Assembly: GCA_013239625.1 (NCBI GenBank)
Contig: MU056262.1
Location: forward strand, 9,090,134 to 9,154,133
Direction: 5' to 3'
Source of the DNA: Lama guanicoe
Lineage: Eukaryota
Length of the DNA: 64,000 nucleotides
The notes under the pieces are model-generated. The model was not told the origin of the DNA and ran no database searches. It saw nothing but the letters and a program-made list of their open reading frames with translations. Below, piece by piece: positions 22,609 to 34,700 of the stretch. Every line of letters starts with the position of its first letter. The stretch's first letter is position 1. Both the position numbers and the translations under genes were made by a program.

Positions 22609-25600
22609 ATGGGAGACAAGCCAATTTGGGAGCAGATTGGATCCAGCTTCATTCAACATTACTACCAGTTATTTGATAACGACAGAACCCAGCTAGGCGC
22701 AATTTATGTAAGTCTTCAGCTCTAGGACTCGAGGGGGACCCCAGGGGATTAATTCAGATATTGGCCAAGGCCTTCAGTTCACAGGTTCTGGCAGCCCTCA
22801 GTGGATTTGACTGTATCCTTTTATCTGAGCTTCTGTCCATGGGACAGGGGGCTTAAGACCTAGCCCAACTCCCTGCTCCACATATTCCCTTCTGTCATCT
22901 TCCACAAGAGTGTTCATCCTGGTTCCCTGGGCAGGGAGGTTCTAGGCTTGCCATTCCGTGGTCCTGGGAATGCCTCTGTTCCAGATTGGGCAGCAGCAGA
23001 CAGAGGCTAGTTCTCACGGTGCCCTCTGGAGGCAGTAGTTATGAGCATCATCATCATAGTCCTCATCTCTCCTGGAGACCCCAGGTCCAGCTTCCTTTTG
23101 GGCGACCAAAAACCCCTGAATGCTCATGGGAAACAAATGAGGTTAGCCAAAGGAGGCTGATGTGTTTTTTGAGAAACCCTTCTATGCAGGCATTGTTTGC
23201 TGCTATTTTAATGATGTTCATATACGCCAAGAATTACTTGTATTTGATCCTGCCCAAGACAGAAATGTGATTGATCAGGCATACCTAGCAGGTCTGTCCA
23301 GGATAAGAATGGTAGGAGTCATCCAGCGTAACCTTGGAGCCTGACTGGGCTGTGGACAGACTTCTCTGAGTCACCCTCCAAAAAGCCAGGGTCAGTAGAG
23401 AAATTTTGAAGAAAACAGAGGGATTTTACCAGTGGAAGACAAGCATAAGTATTTGATTATCATTATCATAGATAGGGTAATTTTAAAAACTCAAACTGAT
23501 CTGACTTTGGAATCCTGGCACTTCTGCCTCATTGATTTTAAAATCAATTAAAGCAGGCCTGACCCAAAGAAGAGTTAGCAGGGTCCTAAAAGAGTACTTT
23601 ATGTATGTCATTCTGTATAATCCTCAGTACATGTCCCCTTTAAAGATCAGGAAACTGAGAGTTGGGGGAAGAAAACAGTAACTTGTCTAAGTCATAGCTG
23701 ATAAGTAGCAGAGGCAATTTTGAGTTCTGCCCCTGAAGGCTGTGGCAGGGACGATCTGGAGGAGGGGGCGTGAAGTTAGCAAGAAACTTGTTGATGGTAG
23801 GGAAGGTCCCAGGCTAGGCCTTGAAAGGCCTTGTCAGCCTTCATCCCTCCCTGACCCCATGGGAAGGGCCTTATGGAACTCAGCCTGGGCTCTAGAGATG
23901 GTGATAAACATAGGATTTTCCAAGTAATTTCTGATGGCTTTTCTGGGACTGGTACTGACTGACTACACAGCAGGATGGCTTTTGGCTGAGCCCCAGCCAT
24001 ACATAACCAGCCTGGAGCTCATACATACTGAAGGCCACTTGACTTCTTGAATAAAAACCAGGAAATGAACTTATTCATTACTAAGTTTTTATTTTGTTAC
24101 GTAGTCTTTCAGAGCTTGGGCTCTGCGATGATAGAGTATAATTAAAGAAATTGTGAATTGTGTAAAATTTGGAAACTACCCTTGGTTCCCTTCTTTACAG
24201 ACAGGGAAACTAACACATGGACTCATTTCCCCAGGCAAGACCTTTTTCAGGGTCCTTTCAGGGCCTCAGGGATATTCCTTGTGCTCTGAGGCTCTGACCC
24301 CACGTTTCCTGGTTTTCAGATTGATGCGTCATGCCTTACGTGGGAAGGACAGCAATTCCAGGGGAAAGCTGCCATTGTGGAGAAATTGTCTGTAAGTAAG
24401 GGGCAGGGCTGGGCTGCTGGTAGCTCCTTCCCCACCTTGCTGGCCTCAGCCCACACCCACTCTTTCTCTTACAGAGCCTTCCGTTCCAGAAAATCCAGCA
24501 CAGCATCACAGCGCAGGACCATCAGCCCACACCAGATAGCTGTATCATCAGCATGGTTGTGGGCCAGCTCAAGGTAATAGTGCTGCTTGCCTATGATGTG
24601 ACCTGCTTACCAAGGGACACCCAGGCAAAGTGATGCCTAGAGCTGCGTAGCTCAGTGCAATCAATAGCCATCAGCCACATGTGGTGATTTTTAAATTACA
24701 TTAACTAAGAAGAAATAAAATTAAAATGTAGTTTCTCGGTTGCATTAGTCATATTTCAAGTGCTCATAGTCAATCACTTGTGGCTGCCTATTGGACAATG
24801 CAAACATAGAACATTTCTGTTATTGCAGCAAGTTTTCTTGGAGGGCACTGGTTTAGAGCCTTTTGGAAAAGGGACAAGAGGTTTAGGAGCAGGATGGGGC
24901 TGTGAAGCCACAGGGCCTTTGTACTGCCCCACGGTGTATGTGGGCTTTCTGCAGGCAGCTGACCCTGAATGAGCCAGCTGGATGCTAAGTAGCAGTTCCC
25001 TACTGGACTCCATACCACCACTCCCTGAGCTGGCTGCTGGCTTCTCCATCTGCTGAGCAAAGCAGATTCCTGGAACTCCTGCTTCTCTCTGCATTTTCTC
25101 TTCCCCTTCTCAAGACCTGTTCCCTTCAAAGCTTTCATCTGGTCCCTCAGCACCCCAGGAACTCCTACCTGTTAAGCTTTAGCTGACTGACCTCAGACTC
25201 TTGGTTTCTAAAAAGCCTCTCCTCCTTCTCAAAGCTGGACAAATGAGCTGCCCCTTAATCAGGTTCCAATCTCCTGGGCCTGTGTCATGCTGGGGCCCAG
25301 AATAATAGGCCCACATGCATTGTCCTTAGACTAGGCAGGGCTTCCTGAGTCCAATAGGAGGGTGGAGGGAGGTGGGGCTCCCTAGGCCTCTGCAGTAGTT
25401 TATCCAACTCTAAAGCCCCCAAAGGACTTATTTGCCTCCTTGCTGGTTATAATTACTGGAAAGACCAGTGATGGTAGGAATAGTGCTGGTTAGTGGGCCC
25501 CTGCCTCAACTAGGCCTTACCCGAGTCTTCAGCAGTTTGACTGGAGATCTCTTGCCTTTCTGTTTTCATTGCAAATGTTATATGTTACATGACAAGAAAC

Positions 25601-26201
25601 AGACCACCTGATAGTGATGCTTCATTTTTCCCCCAGAGAGCTGTCATCACAGTGTGAGCTTGGTTTTGAGCCTTTTCTCATGTACTTGGCCATAGTCAGT
25701 ATAAGCAGTAGTTTCTCCTCCTTGGACTAACTGGCATAATCAGACACTAAGACTGTTTCGTTTTTAAATACTGTAAGTTACATGGAAACACTGTGGAACT
25801 CTCAAATTGATCACTTTGCCCAAAAACGTGGGCTCAGAGGCACATATGTTCTCCGCTCTGTTGTTGTAGCTAACTGGTGAGTTGTTTTGCAGTTTGTGTA
25901 TATAGCAGTGTGAGCTGGCATCTATAGGCCTCTGTGGGCCCAGTTTAGTGTTTTATACATTATGTCCATTCATCACAAGTACCCCTTAGCTATCCTAGGA
26001 TTTGAGTCCTGGGGTCTTATCTCCTGCTACTGAATTCCCTTCCTGTTCCTTGGCCACCTTACTGAACCATTTTCTCTCTTCTCACAGGNNNNNNNNNNNN
26101 NNNNNNNNNNNNNNNNNNNNNNNNNNNNNNNNNNNNNNNNNNNNNNNNNNNNNNNNNNNNNNNNNNNNNNNNNNNNNNNNNNNNNNNNNNNNNNNNNNNN
26201 N
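22609..26201 (+). CDS. NUTF2: Nuclear transport factor 2 (127 aa expected). Exons 22609-22707, 24320-24391, 24475-24573, 26088-(26201). The last exon is N-masked after its first base and its end is inferred from the expected 114-nt length.
   Basis: [33 protein letters not shown] / [24 protein letters not shown] / [33 protein letters not shown] is NTF2. GT-AG junctions, all phase 0. Strong acceptor ctctcttctcacag|G at 26087/26088. Confidence 0.96.
23615..23735 (-). mobile_element. MIR SINE fragment
   Basis: aatcctcagtac...cccctttaaagatcaggaaactgag...aacttgtctaagtcatagctgataagtagcagag. Confidence 0.55.
24637..24852 (+). mobile_element. MER3-like hAT-Charlie DNA transposon fossil
   Basis: ctagagctgcg...tagccatcagccacatgtgg...catatttcaagtgctca...attggacaatgcaaacatagaacatttc, matching the MER3 consensus pattern. 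Confidence 0.75.
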
Positions 26202-26631
26202 NNNNNNNNNNNNNNNNNNNNNNNNNNNNNNNNNNNNNNNNNNNNNNNNNNNNNNNNNNNNNNNNNNNNNNNNNNNNNNNNNNNNNNNNNNNNNNNNNNN
26301 NNNNNNNNNNNNNNNNTGGGCGCAGTGCGCTANNNNNNNNNNNNNNNNNNNNNNNNNNNNNNNNNNNNNNNNNNNNNNNNNNNNNNNNNNNNNNNNNNNN
26401 NNNNNNNNNNNNNNNNNNNNNNNNNNNNNNNNNNNNNNNNNNNNNNNNNNNNNNNNNNNNNNNNNNNNNNNNNNNNNNNNNNNNNNNNNNNNNNNNNNNN
26501 NNNNNNNNNNNNNNNNNNNNNNNNNNNNNNNNNNNNNNNNNNNNNNNNNNNNNNNNNNNNNNNNNNNNNNNNNNNNNNNNNNNNNNNNNNNNNNNNNNNN
26601 NNNNNNNNNNNNNNNNNNNNNNNNNNNNNNN
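26089..26631. other. Two N-runs (26089-26316, 26333-26631) covering the NUTF2 last coding exon and proximal 3'UTR
   Basis: Direct. Confidence 0.99.
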
Positions 26632-27837
26632 GGGCATCAGTAACTACACTGCCCCATTGGCTCTCTTATGTCTCACTCTCCCACTTCTACTCCAACTCAG
26701 CAATACCTGTTGCAAGGAGAAAATGCTGAAACAGTACTCTCAGCTAGCTTCTCTTGTAGGGCATAGTGTTCCCCTCTCCAGCCCACCTGGTATTGGGAAA
26801 GTGAGCTGCAGACAGGGAGAATTCAGGTCTAGCCTAAAGCTTCCCTTGCAATGAAGTCTCTACAGTCACTTCTGATACCTCCTGTTACCTCTCCACTGGG
26901 AAGAGTCAGGGCGCTAATGACATGTGAGATGCTCCATAATCCTATAGAAGATGGAGAAGCCTTGGCAAAAATGACCCATTAGGTTCATGCCTCCTAGACT
27001 GAGGGCTCAGCAAGACCTAGTATGAGCAGAGGTTTGAGGGAGAGGGGCCTCTTCTATCCACAGAAGGGTCAGGATCACATCCATTGTGTCCCACAAATGC
27101 CAAGCCAGCAGAGAGCAGCTCATTTCCTGTACCACCTGCAAAGGGGAGTGCCTCAAACAGCCAGCCTCCAGTGCCCACAGAGCCAAGCCCAGTTGGGTTG
27201 GAGTATAGATTTAGAAAGAAAGCAATCTGAGTTTGAGGGATTCAGGTTCTAGGATATCTTACCCCTGAGACCTCTGCAGGGCATCTCTAGAGCTCCTATT
27301 CCCTCCCTTGCCACACACACTCATACCTTCACACTGTCTTCAAATCCTGGGAAGTCTTAGGTGTTGGAGCAATTTCTCCTCAGTTTGGGGGACAGGCTTT
27401 GCCTAGTACAAATCTAGCCCTTTAGTTCTGAGGCCTTGGTAGTGTAAAACTGGTTGTAAAGTAGCATCCACGGGCTAGAACCAAACCCAGGACTTGGGCT
27501 GGTGCCCTGTTAAAGGTTTTAGGATTGGTGAGGACACCACAGCTTTGCCTGACCTTCTACACCCACTCCCCACCCTTCTCTCCTGCACTATGAACAGAAA
27601 CCAAGGACTTCCTCAGACCGCCACAGGTTCCCTGGCTACACTGGGCACAGGGCTGGATGATGTGCTGTTTGAAAGGACAGCATACTCAGGAGATTTCAGT
27701 GGGACTGATTTCTAGGCTGCAGTATTTTTGGAGGGGTGGAGGTTGGGGAGAGAGGTAGTTGTCTGCTGCCTCTTAAACCACCTTGTATAAAATCTGCAAT
27801 GCAGCTTCTTCCATGTACCTGTGCCTGAAATGTCTGC

Positions 27838-27843
27838 AATAAA
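27838..27843 (+). terminator. Probable distal NUTF2 polyadenylation signal AATAAA
   Basis: AATAAA with upstream TGTA elements and a downstream GT/T-rich tract (tgtttgtaaactggtttctttctttct), ~500 bp before the EDC4 promoter core. Confidence 0.65.
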
Positions 27844-28149
27844 GAGATGTTTGTAAACTGGTTTCTTTCTTTCTGCCTGAGAGTGCCTGGTCGTGCAAGG
27901 GGGTGCTGGGGGACGTTGGGAAACAATGTATTTGTGGTGGGACCACCTCCCCTGCCCTTGGATTTCTGGTCCCATGACTTTGCGGGTCCTCTTAAGCCTT
28001 GGATTACACCGACCCAATTCCCAAAGGGAAACCGAAGCTTCTGCCAATTCAGCTTGTTTCTAGGGTATCTGAGGGATTCAGCCTGGGCAACCGAATTGAC
28101 CCTGTCCTAGGCCCATCATGAGTCCATCCTCTGGGAATGGACATGAGTC

Positions 28150-28760
28150 CGGCGAGGTATCCTGACTTTGGGCGGTCCAGCAAGTGGACATTTGGTTTGC
28201 CTCAACTGGGGAACTTCCCCGACTCAGCCAACCCTGGAGAGGGACCGCGGTAGGGGCGGGCTCCATCAAGAGTGAAGCGTTCGCCCCCAGCCCGGAACCT
28301 TTCTTCTCCTCCCCGCGTAGGTTCCGGGAGCCGAGGCTCAGGCGGGCCGGAAGTGGAGGCGGTTGGTGGGGTTGGCGGGGCTCGGGGACGCGGCTCGGGC
28401 GGCGGTTTGCGAGCTTCGGGTGGACAGAGTGTAGTGACCGGCGTCCGGCTTTCAGGCCCTGCCGGGGCTGTGCGCGGCTGGACGGTGCGCGGCGGCAGTG
28501 AAACGAACGCGGCGCGAACAGGGCGCCCGCGGCTGGGCCCATGGCCTCCTCCTGCGCGAGCATCGACATCGAGGACGCCACGCAGCACCTGCGGGACATA
28601 CTCAAGCTGGACCGGCCTGCGGGGGGTGAGCCAGGACAGTGGGAGTGGGTCCTTGGCGAACGAGCAGAAGGGTGGTTCGGGTTTGGACCACCCTCAAGGC
28701 TCTCGGGTCCCTCAGGACTGGTTCTGCATCATCCCGGCTGGCGAGGGCAGACAAGGGTCG
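28150..28760 (+). promoter_or_regulatory. EDC4 CpG-island promoter/5'UTR with a GC box (~28253) and ETS CCGGAAGT (28347-28354)
   Basis: CpG density and motifs read directly. Confidence 0.8.
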
Positions 28761-31700
28761 GAGCGGCAAATCCCTGAGCTTGCTTCCCAAAGGGCTCAAA
28801 CCCCTGGATGCGATTGTTCCCCATCCCGGGGTTGGGCCGTTCTGCCTCGTCCTTCAGCATCTTGGCTGAAGGTGAGGCCCCTTCTCTGAATCCGCAGAGC
28901 CTCCCAGGTGTCCTGGCCCAAAGTCTCTAATGTTCCTAGGACTGGCCCAGGTTCCCCACCCTTTTGCCATAGTTGAGAGGCCCAGTCAGGGCTGTGTATG
29001 CCGTGTTCGGTGTCTAGACCTAGGCCTTTGCGGAGGAGCCGCAGATCTCCCTTTGCAACTTGCCTTTCCTGCTTGAATACAGACTCCAGGCTTGCGATTC
29101 TGAAACCGATTTTCAGAAGGAAGGTGACCAACCCCAATTCCGTCTCCTCTCTGGGATTTAGGCAAATCACAGACTGCACAGTCCTGATTGGATTAGGCTG
29201 CAAACATCTGCAAGCCCTCATTTATTTCTATTCATTTAAACTTTACTTGGGTTTGCAGTGGTACCTCAGAGCTGCTCCTGCCCTCAAGGAGCCCCCAGGA
29301 CACAGAGAGCTAATGAGGTGTAATATAATGCTGTTGTCATTGAACAAGAGAAATTTTGGTACTGTAATGGGGATAGGGTAGGTGGGATAGGGGCTGGAGA
29401 GTGCCTGAGAACAGATCTAAGAGAAGAGACAATGTTTAGATTAGGTCTTGTAACATGAACAGGGTTTTGGGTGTCAGAAAAGACATTCTACAACAAAGAA
29501 ATAGCACTTGTGAAGGTACCAAAGTTTCCTGGTAGGTACAAGGACCTGTGAAAACTTGTAATGATTGAGAGACTGGCTGGTGATGGTGGTGTAGGTGTGC
29601 AGAAACCAGAGTGTTTCTTCAGACCCTGTTCTTAAACCTTCTGGAAGGCCCAAACTGGTTCCTTTTGGAAGCAGGCACTGCTGCCCACTCTAAGGTTTAG
29701 CTACACTCTAGTCCCTGAGAAAATCCATCTGCTGCCTGAAACCACTGAGCCGTTTTCCCTAGGCCTGGACTGTGTGCTCCTTTTACTCATGAGCTTGGCT
29801 TGGACCTCTTATACTCATTAGCTGCTGTGCATACTAACCTTGTGTAGCTTATTTGTTTGTCCTCATAGTAGCCTGCTTGGGAGGGAGAGTGGTCAGCTTA
29901 CCCCTGAGCAGCTAAGGAGATCTGTTACAAGTGAAGTGGCCTTTTGTCTTTCCTCTTAACTCCTTGTTTATTGATTGGTGCTTGATTCCCCTGTTTGCCA
30001 AGTAGCCCTTACTGGTCTCCTCTCACCAGAGGAGCATGTCAGACCCCAGACTGTTTTGTGACTCGAAACTCTGATGGTAAAGAACTGAAATGCTGTGTGT
30101 CCTGACTCCACACCCTACCCCATAATTTCTCTACACTTTATCCAACTCCTTCATGTCCATTCCTCTTGCATTTACCTGCCCAGGGTGGCTGCTTCTGAGC
30201 CATTTCTGTGTGAGGCAGTCTTCTTCCTTTCTCTCTCTCTCGCTCTCTCTTTTTTTTTTTAATGGAGGTGCTGGTGATTGAACTCAGGAACTCATGCATG
30301 CTAAGCATATGCTCTACCAGTGAGCTAAAACCCCCCCCCATACTCCTATGTCTTTTCACACTCCTGTGTCTTACCATGTCTTTCTATGCCTTAGGAGCCT
30401 ACCTTCTCTTCTCCAACCACTCCACTGCTTTGGGTCTAGGCTCTGGTGTCTCTTACCTGGATTCTTAACTATCCTGCATGCTACTTCTGAGCAGTCAACC
30501 CTCTGGCCATAGCAGACCATGTCACTTCCCCATTTAAAACTCTTGTGTGGCTCTCTACTACAGGGAAAACCTAAGCACTGCAGCCTCACACCTGAGATCT
30601 TTGCAGCCTTGTTTTCCCTCCATCCTTCCTATGTTTGTGTGTCCTAGCCACACTGGCTCTGATGGCACCTCCTCTGTGAAGTCTGACCACGCCCTCCTTC
30701 AAGTATGCAGAGTCCCCCTGTGCTAACCTGGGCCTGAATATTAATTAGCCTCAGAGGATCCTTGATGACATGTACCCCCACCCCCAGGTAGAGGAGCATC
30801 ATGCTCATCCTTTGTTGGGTCCATCATCAGTTTTTATGAAATGAGAGTTGAACAAAGGGCCCTCTTCCCCACTGGCATGCCTCACTTAGAGTGCCTCATG
30901 TTTCTTGAATGAAGCTCTTCAGGAGGAGAGGCCAGTGGGCAGGTAGAACAACTTTATCAGAGTAGCGCTTTCTGTCCCCAGGCCCCAGTGCAGAGAGCCA
31001 GCGACCATCTAATGCCTACAATGGCGATCTCAATGGGCTCCTGGTCTCAGACCCCCTCTGCTCAGGTGATGGTACTTCAACAAACAAGCCTGGTCTCCGG
31101 GCCATGCCACCTATTAACCTGCAGGAAAAGCAAGTCATGTGAGTGTCTGGGAGAGAGCAGTGGTGGTGATGGGGTCTTTGAGGCATTTGCTAACTGAAGT
31201 CATAAGACTAGGGGAGAGGGTCCAGCAGCCTCTTCTGCTTCCCCACTAGATGACCTGGGGTAGAGCATTTAATAACGCTGGGTTTGCACTAGGATGAGGG
31301 GCAAGGACAAGCTCAAGGGCTTAGCCTGGATCTGCAGTATGGGCTCCTGATTTAGCATGGAAGTAGGGCCATTCCCAAGGAGGGAGGTGAGCAAGGGGAA
31401 CTGTGGGTTTGGGGACCAGTGGGCCAGGCAGAGCTGGGCATCTGGGACTTGACACCTTCACCAGAGTGGCTGTATCCTCTCCCCCTCCTAACCCTGTGCA
31501 TTGAGATTTTGGGTGAACAAGAGTCAAATTTGTGCACCCCTGCCCCAGATGCCTCTCAGGAGACGACAGCTCCACCTGCATCGGGATTTTGGCCAAGGAG
31601 GTGGAGATTGTGGCCAGCAGTGATTCTAGCATCTCAAGCAAGGCACGGGGGAGCAACAAGGTGGGCACCAGGATGTCATGGCATGTATAATAGATGGGGG

Positions 31701-34700
31701 CACACTTGGGCTGTCCCTCCCGCACTCTATGCTGCCAGTTCCTATGGAGATTACCCTAACAGACCAGTAGTGTGCCCCAGTCTCAGGAAGCCAGGGTTGG
31801 CTGCCAAATCTCTGTGGGAATCTGGCCCCAAGATTTGTGAATGGGTGGCTGGGCTCACACATGTGGCGTCTACTGTCCCCAGGGATGCTGAGGACTACCT
31901 TAGCTCCAGGAATGCTGCCTCAGCCCCCAGCTTCTATGACCTTCTTCACCCTTGGTTCTCAGGTGAAAATCCAGCCCGTCGCCAAGTATGACTGGGAGCA
32001 GAAATACTACTATGGCAATCTGATTGCTGTGTCCAACTCCTTCTTGGCCTATGCCATTCGGGGTGAGTAGGAGCAGCGGGGAGGAGGTATTCTGCTAGAA
32101 GCCCCAGAGATGCAAATCCAGTGTCAGGCCATTCAGCTCACTCAGACCTTAGTGGTGTAATGGAAGGCTTATCTGTGCTGTCCTCACCTCTGCCAGGCCT
32201 TCTGGAGCCAAGAGAGAAAACCAAGCTTAAGACTGGTAGTGGCAGAGAGACAGGCAAGGGCAGGGCTTCTCTGCTGCTGCCTGGGCCTGGATATTTATTC
32301 ACGGTCTATGGCTCTCCTGATTCCAGCTGCCAACAACGGCTCAGCAATGGTGCGGGTGATCAGTGTCAGCACTTCGGAGCGGACCCTGCTCAAAGGTTTC
32401 ACAGGCAGTGTGGCTGATTTGGCCTTTGCACACGTCAATTCCCCACAGCTGGCCTGTCTGGATGAGGCAGGCAACCTGTTCGTATGGCGCTTAGCTTTGG
32501 TTAATGGCAAAATTCAGTATCCTTTCCCAGGGTTGGGTGGGGGACTGAAGCAAGGTGGGCAGAACTCAATCTGCCAGACACACTTCATCATCAACCTGGC
32601 TAGCCCTTAACACCCTGTTCAGAGAAGAGATCTTAGTTCATATCCGACAGCCAGAGGGCACGCCACTGAACCACTTTCGCAGGATCATCTGGTGCCCCTT
32701 CATCCCTGAAGAGAGTGAGGACTGCTGTGAGGAGGGCAGCCCAACGGTGGCCCTGTTACATGAGGACCGGGTGAGGGGGCTGGGCGTGGAGGAGAGGAAG
32801 GGATGGAACAGCCATGGTGTGGGCATGGGCTGAATACTCACCTCCTTGTACCTGCCAGGCTGAAGTATGGGACCTGGACATGCTCCGCTCCAGCCACAGC
32901 ACCTGGCCTGTGGATGTCAGCCAAATCAAGCAGGGCTTCATCGTGGTAAAAGGCCACAGCACAGTAAGCCTGCAGCTGACTGCCTTTCTGCCCTCCTGTC
33001 CCAACCCCATTATGTCCCTCTTCTATTCCCTGTAGCCACAACTGCCTAGGCAGCTTTACTAGCACTCTGCCCTTGGGAACTCTGAGCACAAAGTGACCTT
33101 TTCTTATGGAGCTTGCACCTTACCTGGCTGCACCCCATGGGTCCAGGTCTTCTCTATAGCACTCCCACTCATTCAGTCTTTCACACAAACAGGCAGATCC
33201 ACTATGGGTCAGCCTAGCTCACTACCATCCTCCCCTGAGAAAGGCTTGCTCCTACTTCTAGTCAGGTGGCAAAGCAAGCCTCTTTGGGTTCTTCCCAGTG
33301 CCTGAGTGAAGGGGCCCTCTCACCCGATGGGACTGTCCTGGCTACCGCAAGCCATGATGGCTTCGTTAAGTTTTGGCAGATCTACATTGAGGGGCAGGAT
33401 GAGCCAAGGTAAGGCACGGCCTGAGGGACTGGGCCCCACCAGGTAGGGAATCAGATCACCCACTCAGGCCCCTCATATACCTGCCTACAGGTGTTTACAC
33501 GAGTGGAAGCCTCATGATGGGCGGCCCCTCTCCTGCCTCCTGTTCTGTGACAACCACAAGAAACAGGACCCTGAGTGAGTGAGTGGGCAGGCAGGTGGAT
33601 GGTGGGCTAGACCTTAAGCTCCCAGCAGGGGCCCAGCCAGCCACTCAGTGTCTTGTTGCTTTGCAGGGTCCCTTTCTGGAGGTTCCTCATTACTGGCGCT
33701 GACCAAAATCGGGAGCTGAAGATGTGGTGCACTGTGTCCTGGACCTGCCTGCAGACCATTCGGTAAGCAGGGGCTGGGGTCTGGGCAGGGGCAGGGTTGC
33801 AGATATGGGTTCTATCTACCCTCTCAGTCTCATTCCTTATGCCTTGTTGTCCGCCAGCTTCTCCCCAGATATCTTCAACTCAGTGAGTGTGCCTCCCAGC
33901 CTCAAGGTTTGCTTGGATCTCTCAGCAGAATACCTGATTCTCAGCGATGTACAACGGAAGGTAGGTTGCACTCAGGGCACCCTGGGCAGAGCTGGTATTA
34001 TCGGGGAGGGAAGGGTATGTGTGCCCCTGAGGTCAGCTGTGAATGCACTGCCTATGCAGGTCCTCTACGTGATGGAACTGCTGCAGAATCAGGAGGAGGG
34101 CCGTGCCTGCTTCAGCTCCATCTCTGAGTTCCTGCTCACCCACCCTGTGCTGAGCTTCGGTATCCAGGTTGTAAGTCGCTGCCGGCTGAGGCACACTGAG
34201 GTGCTGCCTGCCGAGGAGGAGAATGACAGCCTAGGGGCTGGTGAGCTGCTCAGGATCAAGGATATGTGTTGGATATAGGGGAGTGCTGAGGCACAGAGCG
34301 CCAGGGCTTAGCTGTCCACACTGTCCTTGCAGATGGGACCCACGGAGCCGGTGCCATTGAGTCTGCAGCTGGTGTGCTCATCAAGCTCTTTTGTGTACAC
34401 ACTAAGTGAGTGTGTTGAGGAGGCCCACCTCTGCCCTGTCTGTGCCCTCCCCACCCTACTGACTCTACGACTCTTCTGTTCTCCCCTTGCTCTTCCTGCA
34501 GGGCATTGCAAGACGTGCAGATCCGCTTCCAGCCACAGCTGAACCCTGATGTGGTGGCCCCACTCCCCACACACCCTGCCCATGAGGACTTTGGTGAGTT
34601 GAAGGTGAGAGGGAAGCAAGTTCTCACCGGGGTCTGAGATCTGACTCAAGTGGCAGCTTTCCCCACAGCATTTGGAGAGTCTCAGCCTGAACTGGGCTCT

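Noticed and set aside
26002-26729. ORFs spanning the NUTF2 N-runs, and the 16-nt island TGGGCGCAGTGCGCTA with a mini inverted repeat
   Set aside because: The ORFs are artefacts of Ns. The island is too short and isolated to interpret and is probably ordinary 3'UTR.
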